Source: Candidatus Nitrospira inopinata
GTDB lineage: Bacteria; Nitrospirota; Nitrospiria; Nitrospirales; Nitrospiraceae
Assembly: GCF_001458695.1 (NCBI RefSeq)
Contig: NZ_LN885086.1
Location: 1,140,001 to 1,172,000, forward strand
Reading direction: 5' to 3'
Length of the DNA: 32,000 bases
Part shown: positions 1 through 9,765 of the stretch, piece after piece
How positions within the stretch are numbered: position 1 is the first letter of the stretch
How the letters are laid out: every line of letters starts with the position of its first letter
The notes under the pieces: generated by a model
What the model was told of the DNA's origin: nothing
Database searches by the model: none
What the model saw: the letters and a program-made list of their open reading frames with translations, nothing else
Translations under genes and position numbers: made by a program

Positions 1-942
<942 letters not shown>

Positions 943-987
943 AAGTCGAAGACGCTATTACGGGTGCATGGCGAGAGAGAAGAAAAA

Positions 988-1410
988 ATGGCTGGGAAAT
1001 TCCTCTTGGAAGTCGTCACGCCGGAGAAGCTGTTGCTGAGCCAGCAGGTGGACGAGGTCATCGCGCCGGGTCTGGAAGGCGACTTCGGGGTCCTGCCGGG
1101 TCATTGTCATTTCCTCTCGATGTTGCGGATCGGGGAACTGCGGTATCGCGTCGGTGAGCAAATCAACCATATGGCCGTGCTTTGGGGGTATGCCGAGGTG
1201 ACGCCGACCAGGGTGACCGTCATGGCCGAGATCGCCGAGAAGGCCGAAGACATCGACGTGGAACGCGCCACGGCCAAAGTGGAAGAAGCGGAACGTCGGC
1301 TCAAGCAAGGAGGCCTGCCGTCCGACGTCAAGGAAGCTCAAATCAGCCTCGAAAAAGCCCGTCTGCGAAAAAAAATCGCGGAGCGGGCACGGAAGGTCGC
1401 CCACGCCTAA
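988..1410 (+). CDS. atpC: F0F1 ATP synthase subunit epsilon
   Basis: LEVVTPEK...PGLEGDFGVLPGHCHFLS N-terminal beta-sandwich motif plus a helical C-terminus, immediately after atpD. The ATG at 988 is preferred over the GTG at 964 because MAGKF... matches the usual N-terminus. Confidence 0.93.
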   Translation: MAGKFLLEVVTPEKLLLSQQVDEVIAPGLEGDFGVLPGHCHFLSMLRIGELRYRVGEQINHMAVLWGYAEVTPTRVTVMAEIAEKAEDIDVERATAKVEEAERRLKQGGLPSDVKEAQISLEKARLRKKIAERARKVAHA

Positions 1411-1433
1411 CTGCTCCGCGTTTAAGCCTTGGC

Positions 1434-1461
1434 CCGCGCGGTTTCGCCGTCGCGGTTGTTC
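1434..1461 (+). terminator. Candidate intrinsic terminator of the atp operon
   Basis: GC-only stem CCGCGCGG / CCG(T)CGCGG with an approximately 5-nt loop, followed by TTGTTC, 24 nt after the atpC stop. The T-tract is weak. Confidence 0.35.
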
Positions 1462-1596
1462 AGGCCGTCATTCTCGCTGCTCATCCAATAATCCGGCAAG
1501 CGTTTCCGGCTTCGCGGTGATGCTTCGTGCGATTCAGACCGATGACGACTCGTATCGGCACGGGGAGCGGCCGTTAATGACGGGAGGAAGACCTCC

Positions 1597-2547
1597 GTGA
1601 TCACGGAGTTTGTTATCACGCCCGGCGAGCAACCCAAACGGCTCGACGTCTTTCTTGTCAACCGCGAGCGAGCCATCTCCCGGTCCGCCTTGCAGCGACT
1701 GATCGAACTCGGTCGCATCCGAGTCAACAACGCCGCGGTGAAGCCGAGCCACAAAATCAAACCGGGCGATACCATTACCATGGATATCCCCAAACCGGAA
1801 CCGCTGGAGCTCAAAGGAGAAGCCATCCCGCTCGAGGTGCTGTATGAGGATGAAGCCGTTCTGGTCCTCAATAAACCAGCGGGGATTGTCGTGCATCCGG
1901 CCCCTGGGAACTGGACGGGAACGTTGGTCAACGCGCTGTTACACCATTTCGACGCTTCGGGCGGCACCCTCTCCACCGTTGGGGGGAAGGAGCGGCCCGG
2001 GCTGGTTCATCGTCTTGACAAGGAAACATCGGGGATCATGGTCGTCGCGAAAACGGACCATGCGCACAGACATCTGGCCGCGCAATTTCAGCGCCACACG
2101 ATCATCCGCGTGTATGAAGCCTTGGTGTGGGGAGTCCCGAAGAAAAACCGCGGGGTGATTACCCTGGCGATCGGGCGGGACGTCAAAGAGCGAAAAAAAA
2201 TCTCCTCAAGAACTTCGCGGCCCAAGGAATCGATCACGGAGTACCGAGTCGAGCGACGCTTCGGCAACCTGGCAGCCCATCTTCTGCTCTATCCTCAAAC
2301 GGGCCGAACCCATCAATTGCGGGTTCACTTGCAGTCTCTGGGGCATCCGATTCTGGGCGATCAGACGTATGGCGGCGCCAAAGTCAAAATGATCGGACCG
2401 CTCGCCGTTCCGCGCGTCATGCTCCACGCGAAAACTCTTGGATTTCACCATCCCCTGACGGGAGATCTCAGAGAGTTTACTCGTGGATATCCAACCGACA
2501 TGGGAGCCATGGCCGAAGAGTTGGAGCGACTCGCGCGGGGCGGCTAA
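1597..2547 (+). CDS. rluD: RluD/RluA-family 23S rRNA pseudouridine synthase
   Basis: N-terminal S4-like RNA-binding region (RLDVFLV...SRSALQRLIELGRIRVNN) and catalytic motif HRLDKETSGIMVVAKT. GTG start at 1597 preceded by GGGAGGAAG. Confidence 0.92.
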   Translation: MITEFVITPGEQPKRLDVFLVNRERAISRSALQRLIELGRIRVNNAAVKPSHKIKPGDTITMDIPKPEPLELKGEAIPLEVLYEDEAVLVLNKPAGIVVHPAPGNWTGTLVNALLHHFDASGGTLSTVGGKERPGLVHRLDKETSGIMVVAKTDHAHRHLAAQFQRHTIIRVYEALVWGVPKKNRGVITLAIGRDVKERKKISSRTSRPKESITEYRVERRFGNLAAHLLLYPQTGRTHQLRVHLQSLGHPILGDQTYGGAKVKMIGPLAVPRVMLHAKTLGFHHPLTGDLREFTRGYPTDMGAMAEELERLARGG

Positions 2548-2581
2548 GGGAGACGATTCGATCACCGGGGAGGAAATTCAT

Positions 2582-3001
2582 ATGCGGATCGGGGATGTGC
2601 TCGATGCCGTCGGGGGGCTGGTATCGCGGATCAAGGAATATGCGGCCAAGCTGCCCGCCGTCGTCAATCTGTCGGTCGCGCCGACGGGAATCAAACCCCC
2701 TCCGGACGCCGTCGAGGCGTACGATGACCTGGTGATGCGCCTGCGCGCCAGGATCACCGGCACACCGTACAAACACCTGAGCACTCCCTTGCTTGAGTCT
2801 CTTGAAGCTTTCGAGTCCGGGAGATTGCTGGAAACGGTACAGCCGCTGCTTTCGCTGTTGGATCAGATCCAGCAGATGATCAAAGATCGAGACGTCGAAG
2901 CGCAGCCCGCGGACGAGAACCGCATCAATGAATATCGCAGGTCGCTTCGCAAAATTTTGCCGGGCAATAGGCCCGAACTGGAAGAAACCGGAGGGGCGTG
3001 A
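2582..3001 (+). CDS. Hypothetical protein (139 aa, predicted helical, no recognisable family)
   Basis: ATG at 2582 with GGAGG 8-12 nt upstream. G/C is enriched at third codon positions in this frame. The overlapping 211-aa minus-strand ORF is Arg-rich and collides with rluD and the zinc-ribbon gene, so the plus frame is preferred. Confidence 0.6.
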   Translation: MRIGDVLDAVGGLVSRIKEYAAKLPAVVNLSVAPTGIKPPPDAVEAYDDLVMRLRARITGTPYKHLSTPLLESLEAFESGRLLETVQPLLSLLDQIQQMIKDRDVEAQPADENRINEYRRSLRKILPGNRPELEETGGA

Positions 3002-3005
3002 ACCG

Positions 3006-3028
3006 ACGCCTCGCGCGCGAGGCGTTTT
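3006..3028. terminator. Bidirectional intrinsic terminator between convergent genes
   Basis: Perfect 20-nt palindrome ACGCCTCGCG/CGCGAGGCGT (3006-3025) followed by TTTT on the plus strand. It lies exactly between the stop at 3001 (+) and the stop at 3031 (-). Confidence 0.6.
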
Positions 3029-3030
3029 GA

Positions 3031-3210
3031 TCAATGACCCATCTTGGGTCCGGCGGCGTTTTCCCCTTGCGTGACCAGCTTGAACCGAACGGTGGATCGG
3101 CAATGGGGGCATTTGGCGCGGATGGTGGCGTCGTCCAGCATTTCATAGTGTTCGGATGTCAGCCACATCAATCGAAAGCATTTCGGACACGTACGGACTT
3201 GCGTTGACAT
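3031..3210 (-). CDS. Small zinc-ribbon protein (59 aa)
   Basis: Two CxxC pairs (CPKC ... CPHC) about 30 residues apart. The ATG at 3210 is preceded by GAGGA at a 5-6 nt spacing. The ORF could extend to 3234. Confidence 0.55.
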   Translation of the reverse strand: MSTQVRTCPKCFRLMWLTSEHYEMLDDATIRAKCPHCRSTVRFKLVTQGENAAGPKMGH

Positions 3211-3272
3211 GATGTTCCTCGTACACTCCCTCACGGCGGCTGTTACGTGCGCGGAGGATAATCTAGTATAAG

Positions 3273-3704
3273 ATGCGAGCCACCCTCAAGCCCGCCATTC
3301 TCTATTCGGACGATACCCCGCCCAAGGCGGATCAACTGCTCGGTCTCTTCCATCAGGCTCCCTGGGCCCAGGATCGGACGGCCGAAGAAACGGAGGAGAT
3401 GCTTCGTCACACCGATCTCGCCGTCTGCGCGTGGGACCGCGAACGCTTGGTCGGATTCGGCCGTGTCTTGACGGATTTTGTTTATCGAGCGACGATCTGG
3501 GACGTGATCGTCGATCAGGCTTATCAAAAACAAGGAATCGGCTCGGAAATCGTTCGACGAATCCTGAATCATCCGCGATTGCAGAGGGTCGAGCTCTTTT
3601 GGCTGTGCACGAGGCGCCCCGGTTTCTACGAAAAACTGGGTTTCAGCTCCAAGGAGCAAACCGGGATGGTCTGGGCCAGAAACACCCAGGCTCGCCGGGA
3701 GTGA
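3273..3704 (+). CDS. GNAT-family N-acetyltransferase
   Basis: Acetyl-CoA binding motif A QKQGIGSEIVRRIL and C-terminal FYEKLGF, both typical of GNAT folds. Confidence 0.85.
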   Translation: MRATLKPAILYSDDTPPKADQLLGLFHQAPWAQDRTAEETEEMLRHTDLAVCAWDRERLVGFGRVLTDFVYRATIWDVIVDQAYQKQGIGSEIVRRILNHPRLQRVELFWLCTRRPGFYEKLGFSSKEQTGMVWARNTQARRE

Positions 3705-3771
3705 TCATGGAAAGGACCTCTCGGCCGTGGTCTTCCGCAAGGGCGCTCCCTGCGGCATGAAGAAGGCATCT

Positions 3772-4449
3772 CTAAAAGAAGGCCTTCACGCCGAAGAGAA
3801 ATCCGAAAGACGACAGGTTCCAATCGTTGATCCGAAAGCGGTCATCAACATGTGCGTGACCGTCGTTTCGTTTGTAGGCCCACTCGGCGTTGACCGCCAG
3901 GTGTCTGCTCACCAGATAATCCACACCCCATCCCAGCCTCCAGGCAAACGTATTGCTGGGGCTGATCTCGATAGGAACTGCCTCGCTGAAACCGTTCACG
4001 TTTACGCCAAAACTCATGTTGACATAGGGGACGACCGATCCCAGTTTAACGGGACGCAGCTCGATGGTTGGAAGTACCGATACGGTATGTTGACTTCCCA
4101 CATCCAAGGATAACCGTCGATTCTCGGCATCAACGCCGTGTCGTTCCCACTCCACCATGAGGCCCACCAAAAACCAACGGTTCAGGCTGTAGAGGGCCTG
4201 AACATTGACGAGCGGGCCGATGTCGGCGGAGCCTCTGTCAAAGCCCGCGATGCCGACCACGTCGTGTGAAAGGGATTGTGTGGGGACGGCGAATCCGGCT
4301 CGAGCCCCCAGGACCCACGTCTTCGGCTGGATCCCTCCAAACGATTGAAGGTCCTCGGCGGCCAGAAGCCGCCCGCTCGGAGCCAGCACGCTCACCACGA
4401 TGACGCACAGGAACGCCACAAGCCATGACAGTTGACGTTCGACTCTCAT
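3772..4449 (-). CDS. Outer-membrane beta-barrel protein (OmpW/OmpA-like small barrel)
   Basis: Signal peptide (LVAFLCVIVVSVLAPSGRLLAAED), alternating hydrophobic beta-strand pattern and a C-terminal ...GVKAFF aromatic terminus typical of BAM substrates. The ATG at 4449 is preceded by AGGAGG. Confidence 0.75.
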   Translation of the reverse strand: MRVERQLSWLVAFLCVIVVSVLAPSGRLLAAEDLQSFGGIQPKTWVLGARAGFAVPTQSLSHDVVGIAGFDRGSADIGPLVNVQALYSLNRWFLVGLMVEWERHGVDAENRRLSLDVGSQHTVSVLPTIELRPVKLGSVVPYVNMSFGVNVNGFSEAVPIEISPSNTFAWRLGWGVDYLVSRHLAVNAEWAYKRNDGHAHVDDRFRINDWNLSSFGFLFGVKAFF

Positions 4450-4631
4450 CGGACGATTCCTCCTTTCCGGCCTGACAACGCCGTCGATCAACACAGCAGG
4501 TCCCTTGTCGCATAATTCGCCGAAATGGTCAAATCGGGGTTCTTCACCTCGTCGATCTGCAGCCCACCGGCTTGCCGGCTGGGTTCAGGGTCGTTGAGAG
4601 GGAATCACCAACCACCTGAGGCAGGAGAAAA

Positions 4632-5459
4632 TCAGCGGGGATGGCCGGAACGGATTCGCAACCTTTTGGGTGAAATCACGAGCGAGAAAAAAAACACCGC
4701 CGTCGCCAGCAGCACAATCGATGGTCCCGATGGAAGATCCCAGACCGTCGAGACCACCACGCCGGTCAAGGCCGTCGCCGTTCCGATGATCACCGAGTAC
4801 AGGGTCAGGGCCGTCAGACTGTGCGTGAGTTGATAGGCCGTTGAAGCGGGGATGAGGATCATGGCGAACACCAAGATGGCCCCGACGGTTTTCAGCGCGA
4901 CCACGACGGTGAGCGCCACCAGCGTCAACAGGAGGAAAAAAATTCGGCGCGCCGGAACGCCAGACGCTTCCGCCATCTCTTGATCGAACGCGATGAAAAG
5001 CAATTCTTTCCAGAAGGCGATCAAAAGGCCGAGCACCAGCGCGGCCAACCCTCCGATGAGGAACAATTCTTCGCCGGTCACCGAGAGCACGCTGCCGAAC
5101 AAATAGCCGTACACTTCGGCGTTATAGGTCTTCATCAGGCCGATGAACACGATGGCCAGCGCCATGGTGGCCGTGTACAGAATGCCGATTGAGACGTCCA
5201 GTTTCATCCGGCCCTGTTCCTCGAGCCAGCCCGTGATCCAGACGGTCGCCACGCCGAACGCGACGGCCAACAAGAGGGGAGGCCATCCAATGAGATATCC
5301 CAGGGTCACGCCGGCGAACGCCGCGTGTGAGGTTCCGGCTCCCACGAACGCCAGACCGCGCAGCACGACGAAGACGCCGATCAGCGAGCACAGGCCTCCC
5401 ACCATCGCCGCAGCCAAAAGAGATCGCTGCATGAAATCGTACGCGAACAGGTCCAACAT
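4632..5459 (-). CDS. znuB: Metal (Zn/Mn) ABC transporter permease, ABC-3 family
   Basis: Polytopic membrane protein with an N-terminus FMQRSLLAAAMVGGLCSLIGVFVVLRGLAFVGAGTSHAAFAGV characteristic of ZnuB/MntB/TroC permeases. Located in an operon with the ATPase and binding-protein genes. Confidence 0.88.
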   Translation of the reverse strand: MLDLFAYDFMQRSLLAAAMVGGLCSLIGVFVVLRGLAFVGAGTSHAAFAGVTLGYLIGWPPLLLAVAFGVATVWITGWLEEQGRMKLDVSIGILYTATMALAIVFIGLMKTYNAEVYGYLFGSVLSVTGEELFLIGGLAALVLGLLIAFWKELLFIAFDQEMAEASGVPARRIFFLLLTLVALTVVVALKTVGAILVFAMILIPASTAYQLTHSLTALTLYSVIIGTATALTGVVVSTVWDLPSGPSIVLLATAVFFFSLVISPKRLRIRSGHPR

Positions 5460-5482
5460 CAGATCGATCGGTTCATGTCCGT

Positions 5483-6313
5483 TCAGTGGGAATGATGATA
5501 GTCCTCGACAATGACCAGGTCCTTGTCGGAAATGACCAGGCCTTTCCCATAGACCGGTTCGAGGATGTTCGGTTTGAGAACATCGGCGGGGGGACCCGCC
5601 GCGTGCAGGCGGGTTTTGAGGAGGACGAGACGGTCCACCCGCGACCGGATCATATTGATGTCGTGCGTAATCAGCAGCACCGTCAATCCCAACGTCTCGT
5701 GCAGGTGTTGAATCAGCTCGATGACGTTATGCTGCATGGGAAGATCCAGCCCCGTCGTGGGTTCATCCAGCAGGAGGACCTTCGGTTGTTGAGCCAAGGC
5801 CCTCGCGATGAACACGCGTTGCTGTTGGCCTCCCGACAAATGACCCAACGCGGTGTCCTTATACCGTTCCATGGCGACGAGAGCCAGCGACTCCAAGGCG
5901 ATCCGGCGGTCCTCTGGTCCGGGACGGTGAAACAAACCCAACGCGCCGTATCGGCCCATCATCACCGTCTCGAAGACGGTGACCGGAAAGTCACGATCCA
6001 CGACGCCTTTCTGAGGAAGATAACCGATCTTCGCCCGGTGGTGGCATCGGAGTTCTTGGCAGGCGCAATCGAAGATATGGAGCTGCCCTTTGATCGGCGC
6101 AAGAAGTCCGAGCACCGCCCGGCACAGGGTGGTCTTGCCGGAGCCGTTCGGGCCGATGACGCCGACGAACTCACCGGCTTCGATGGAAAGGGTGATGTCT
6201 TCGAGCGCCGTCACGCCGGGGAATCCGAATGAGGCGTGGTCAAATCGGATAATCGGCGGATGAGGCCCTCTCGGCAGAGAATGCGGCTTTTTTTCATGTT
6301 GAGAGAAGAGCAT
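5483..6313 (-). CDS. znuC: Metal ABC transporter ATP-binding protein
   Basis: Walker A GPNGSGKTT, ABC signature LSGGQQQRV, Walker B LLLDEP and H-loop ITHD. Confidence 0.9.
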   Translation of the reverse strand: MLFSQHEKKPHSLPRGPHPPIIRFDHASFGFPGVTALEDITLSIEAGEFVGVIGPNGSGKTTLCRAVLGLLAPIKGQLHIFDCACQELRCHHRAKIGYLPQKGVVDRDFPVTVFETVMMGRYGALGLFHRPGPEDRRIALESLALVAMERYKDTALGHLSGGQQQRVFIARALAQQPKVLLLDEPTTGLDLPMQHNVIELIQHLHETLGLTVLLITHDINMIRSRVDRLVLLKTRLHAAGPPADVLKPNILEPVYGKGLVISDKDLVIVEDYHHSH

Positions 6314-6326
6314 CGCGAGAAGAGAG

Positions 6327-7280
6327 CTACCGCTCCAGGGCGTCGGCCAATTTCAGCACATTGTAGCGGAGCATGTCGAGGTACGACTCGGTCCCCGGCA
6401 AGCCTCCGGGCAGAGTGGTCAGGACGACGACGCTCGCGCCCGTTTCTTTTGAGAGGAGGTTGGGGATCCGCTGACTCAACTGAATTTCGGAAGCGATGAC
6501 TTTCAGCCGATCTTTTCTCATCTTGCCGATCAGATTCTGTAATTGAAGGGCGGACGGTTCCGTTCCCGAGTGAATTTGAATCGTCGCCGCGATCTCAAAC
6601 CCGAACCGCTTGGCCAGATACGGCCACGCGGGATGGTGCGCGACGATGCGCCGGTCCGCCAGTCGGCCGACGCGATCCAAGAGGTCGCCTCGAAGCCGGT
6701 CCACCTGCTCACGATAGACGGCAAGATTCCGCCGGTATTCGTCCGCATGGAGGGGATCGACCTCGATCAAGGCGTCGGTGATGTGCCGCAGCATGATTCC
6801 GACGTTGTCAGGATCCATCCAGATGTGGGGATTCCCCTGCGAAAGGGGCTCGCCGTTTCCGTGCCGCGCATCGTGGCGGTCATCCGAATCATCATGGATC
6901 AAGGGGACTCCCTGCGAAGTGGTGACGACTCGCAGGGACGGGCTCCCCGCGTTTTTCACCAGCGAGGCGACCCACACTTCGAGGCCGAGGCCGATTTCGA
7001 ACAACAGCCTCGCTTTGCGCACCGCGACCAAGTCCGTGGGCTTGGGCGAGTACGTGTGTTCATTTTCCAACCCGGTGAGCAGCGATTTCACGTGAACGTG
7101 GGAACGTCCGACTTGCTCGGTCAGATCTTTCAGCACGGGAATGGTCACCACGATCTCGACGGGGTCCTGAGCCCTCGCGACCGAAGTTCCGCCCGCCGAT
7201 CCGACCAGAAAGAATGCAATGAGAAAAGAAAGCGGTAATCGCTGATGCCGAACCCGCGACATGGGGGAGGACGGTAACAT
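6327..7280 (-). CDS. znuA: Metal ABC transporter periplasmic substrate-binding protein (cluster A-I, ZnuA-like)
   Basis: Signal peptide, then a ZnuA/TroA-type fold with an acidic and His-rich loop HDDSDDRHDARHGNGEPLSQGNPHIW, typical of zinc-specific ZnuA. The start could be 7280 or 7262. Confidence 0.85.
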   Translation of the reverse strand: MLPSSPMSRVRHQRLPLSFLIAFFLVGSAGGTSVARAQDPVEIVVTIPVLKDLTEQVGRSHVHVKSLLTGLENEHTYSPKPTDLVAVRKARLLFEIGLGLEVWVASLVKNAGSPSLRVVTTSQGVPLIHDDSDDRHDARHGNGEPLSQGNPHIWMDPDNVGIMLRHITDALIEVDPLHADEYRRNLAVYREQVDRLRGDLLDRVGRLADRRIVAHHPAWPYLAKRFGFEIAATIQIHSGTEPSALQLQNLIGKMRKDRLKVIASEIQLSQRIPNLLSKETGASVVVLTTLPGGLPGTESYLDMLRYNVLKLADALER

Positions 7281-7430
7281 CCGACTTGGAGGATGTCAAC
7301 GTAAACGGCCCGCGCCGGTCACAAGAGTGTGGCCGCACAAAGGATTGCTTGACCATCCGGCGGAGTTCCATTAGCGTAACCGCGTGGATGCAACGACTTG
7401 GAGATCTGTCGGAGAAAGGATGGCGTCATC

Positions 7431-8621
7431 GTGAACGTTGTCGGGCTGATGTCGGGGACCTCCGGTGACGGAGTCGATGCGGCGTTGGTGGAAATACGGC
7501 GAGGGAAGCCCGGACTTCGCGTCAAAATGATCGCGTTTCACCCGCTTCCGTACCCGAGATCGCTCCAGCAACGGATTTTGGCGACCTCGGTCTCGGGGAC
7601 CGTGGCGGAGGTGTGCCATCTTAACGTGCTGTTGGGAGAATGGTTCGCCAACGCGGCGTTGGGAGTGATCCGCGCCGCGTCGTTGCAGCCGAAAGACGTC
7701 GACCTGATCGGATCGCACGGCCAGACCGTGCATCACCTTCCGTACGGGATCAAAGACGCGGGAGTCGGAGCCGTGCGCTCGACCCTTCAAATCGCGGAGC
7801 CCGCCGTCATCGCGGAACGGACCGGTATCACCACCATCGCCGATTTTCGACCCCGTGACATGGCCGCCGGCGGGCAGGGGGCGCCGCTGACGCCGGCGGT
7901 CCATGCGCTGCTGTTCCGGCATTCCCGTCGGGCTCGACTGATCGTCAACTTGGGCGGTATCAGCAACGTCACCTATTTGCCGCGCGGATCGGGGTATGAC
8001 GGAATCGTCGCGTTCGATACCGGTCCGGCCAACATGGTGCTGGACGGGCTCATGGCATGGAGCACCAACGGACGGATGGCGATGGACCGCGAGGGGCGAT
8101 CGGCTTTCCGAGGGCGGGTCGACGGCAGATTGCTGGCCAAGCTGCTGGCTCATCCCTATCTGTCCCAGCCGCCACCCAAATCCACCGGACGGGAAGTGTT
8201 CGGAGCCAAGATGATCGACGAATTGACGACGATGCCGCAGGCGCAGCGGTTGACGATCGAGGATCTGCTGGCGACGTGCAGCCGCTGGACCGCGGAAGCG
8301 GTCGGAACGGTTCGGCGGTGGATTACGGGGGGAATCGACGAAGTCATCGTCGGCGGGGGAGGCGTGCGCAATCGAGCCATCATGCATCATCTCGCCGACG
8401 TGTTTGCGCCGACGCCGGTGGCGCCGTTCGAATCGTACGGATGGGACAGCAAGGCCTTCGAAGCGGTGGCTTTTGCCGTCTTGGGCTATCAAACGGCCAC
8501 GGACCAATGTGGGAACGTGCCGTCGGTGACCGGCGCGGCGCATCCCCGTTTGTTGGGCTGCATCGTTCCCAACGGACCGGGATGGATGGAACGTCTGCGA
8601 TCCCGAGCCGACAAGAAGTGA
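7431..8621 (+). CDS. anmK: Anhydro-N-acetylmuramic acid kinase
   Basis: Diagnostic N-terminal motif GLMSGTSGDGVDAALV and overall AnmK length. The GTG at 7431 (AAAGGA 10 nt upstream) is preferred. The ORF is open from a TTG at 7398. Confidence 0.9.
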   Translation: MNVVGLMSGTSGDGVDAALVEIRRGKPGLRVKMIAFHPLPYPRSLQQRILATSVSGTVAEVCHLNVLLGEWFANAALGVIRAASLQPKDVDLIGSHGQTVHHLPYGIKDAGVGAVRSTLQIAEPAVIAERTGITTIADFRPRDMAAGGQGAPLTPAVHALLFRHSRRARLIVNLGGISNVTYLPRGSGYDGIVAFDTGPANMVLDGLMAWSTNGRMAMDREGRSAFRGRVDGRLLAKLLAHPYLSQPPPKSTGREVFGAKMIDELTTMPQAQRLTIEDLLATCSRWTAEAVGTVRRWITGGIDEVIVGGGGVRNRAIMHHLADVFAPTPVAPFESYGWDSKAFEAVAFAVLGYQTATDQCGNVPSVTGAAHPRLLGCIVPNGPGWMERLRSRADKK

Positions 8622-8627
8622 CCGGCG

Positions 8628-9143
8628 ATGAAGGATCTCGTCATAGGGGGAGCGGCGGCGGCTGTCGTCATTTTGTGGTGGCTTGTCGCCAGATCGAAGA
8701 CGTCGGAGGGCTCGGCGGCCGATTTTACGTTGCCGGCCAAGGCGGTCGTCACCGCACGGCCCTTGCTGACGGACGAGGAGAGTTCGTTCTACAACCGATT
8801 GCAGATTGCGACTCAAGACCGCTATCTCATTTTTGCCCACGTTCCTCTCTGGTCGTTTGTATCCGTCGATGCGTCGGGAAAACATCGAACCCGGATTCTC
8901 AAGCGGCTGGTGTTGACGCAGGTCGATTTTGCGCTGGTGCATCCGGGATCGCGGCATGTGGAGCAAGTCGTGCTGCTCCAAGGGGAGCCTTCCGATACGA
9001 CTCAGAACGATCGCCACCGCGTCGTGGAGTCGGTCATGGCCGCCGCGGGCATCAGGGTGGCCAAGGCGCGATCGACTCGCTCGTACACCATCCCCGAACT
9101 GATCGATCTCCTGGGGCTATCCGAGGAGGAGCCCGCGTCGTGA
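8628..9143 (+). CDS. Membrane-anchored DUF2726-like (restriction-endonuclease-fold) protein
   Basis: N-terminal TM helix (GGAAAAVVILWWLVA), then LLTDEESSFYNRLQIA...RYLIFAHVPL...QVDFALVH...RHRVVESVMAAAGIRV. By eye this matches the DUF2726 pattern (LL-x-x-E-x-x-FY ... VDF-hL ... R-D-x-x-h-x-x-h-L-x-x-AGI). Confidence 0.6.
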   Translation: MKDLVIGGAAAAVVILWWLVARSKTSEGSAADFTLPAKAVVTARPLLTDEESSFYNRLQIATQDRYLIFAHVPLWSFVSVDASGKHRTRILKRLVLTQVDFALVHPGSRHVEQVVLLQGEPSDTTQNDRHRVVESVMAAAGIRVAKARSTRSYTIPELIDLLGLSEEEPAS

Positions 9144-9174
9144 GAAACGCGGGTCCGTCACGAGCCCCGGCCGC

Positions 9175-9669
9175 CTAGTCGGATTCTTGCGGGCCCTGTT
9201 CGGACTTGATGGTCGTCTCAACGGCCTTCTGTGCCAGCTCCGCTTCCGAACTGCCGGGATATTGATCGATGACCCGATCGAACATCATGCGAGCCTTTTC
9301 ATGGTCGCCCAATTTTGCATAGATTTGCCCGAGCTTGAGCGTCGAAGCGGGCAGTTTCGGGCTGAGCGGGTAATACATGAGGACGTTGTAGAATGAATCC
9401 AATGCGTCCTTGTATCGACGCATTCGAAACTGGCATTCACCGATCCAGTATTGAGCATTGGCGGCCAACGAGGATTGGCCGTGCAGCTCGATGAAGAACC
9501 GAAACCCAGCCAGCGCCGCTTCATAATCCCGTTGCTTGAATTCCTCCATGACGCGATCGTACAGGCGTCGCGACGTGTCGCGCATTTGGCCGGAGGCCCC
9601 AAGGGACTCATCGGCCGTTGACAGGATGATAGAGAACAACAAGAAAATTGCGATCATCGTCTGTGCCAT
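9175..9669 (-). CDS. Secreted or periplasmic TPR protein, YbgF/CpoB C-terminal-domain-like
   Basis: Signal or TM segment MAQTMIAIFLLFSIILSTA, then AQYWIGECQF...YYPLSPKLPASTLKLGQIY...IDQYPGSSEAELA, resembling the CpoB TPR domain. The ATG at 9669 is preceded by GGAGG at a 7-nt spacing. Confidence 0.7.
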   Translation of the reverse strand: MAQTMIAIFLLFSIILSTADESLGASGQMRDTSRRLYDRVMEEFKQRDYEAALAGFRFFIELHGQSSLAANAQYWIGECQFRMRRYKDALDSFYNVLMYYPLSPKLPASTLKLGQIYAKLGDHEKARMMFDRVIDQYPGSSEAELAQKAVETTIKSEQGPQESD

Positions 9670-9765
9670 AGGTGTGCCTCCGTACCGGCTTGGCCATGGT
9701 CTCAACGAAAAGACATTCTCGCAATCGCCGTGCCATTCCTGATGCGCGGGGGACGGAGAACTTTC

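Noticed and set aside
4561-4585. Hairpin AGCCCACCGG-CTTG-CCGG(C)TGGGTT just downstream of znuB
   Set aside because: The stem is stable, but no T-tract follows in either orientation. There is not enough evidence to call a terminator or regulatory element.
7281-7430. Search for a Zur/Fur-type operator in the znuA-anmK divergent region. A perfect TTGACA lies on the minus strand at 7295-7290.
   Set aside because: No AT-rich inverted repeat is present. The TTGACA is only about 10 nt from the znuA ATG and has no acceptable -10 element downstream, so it is not called as a promoter.
7371-9017. 548-aa minus-strand ORF spanning anmK and the DUF2726-like gene
   Set aside because: It is extremely Arg/Pro/Gly-rich with no motifs. 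It lies antisense to two ORFs that have clear family signatures. This is a typical shadow ORF of a high-GC genome.
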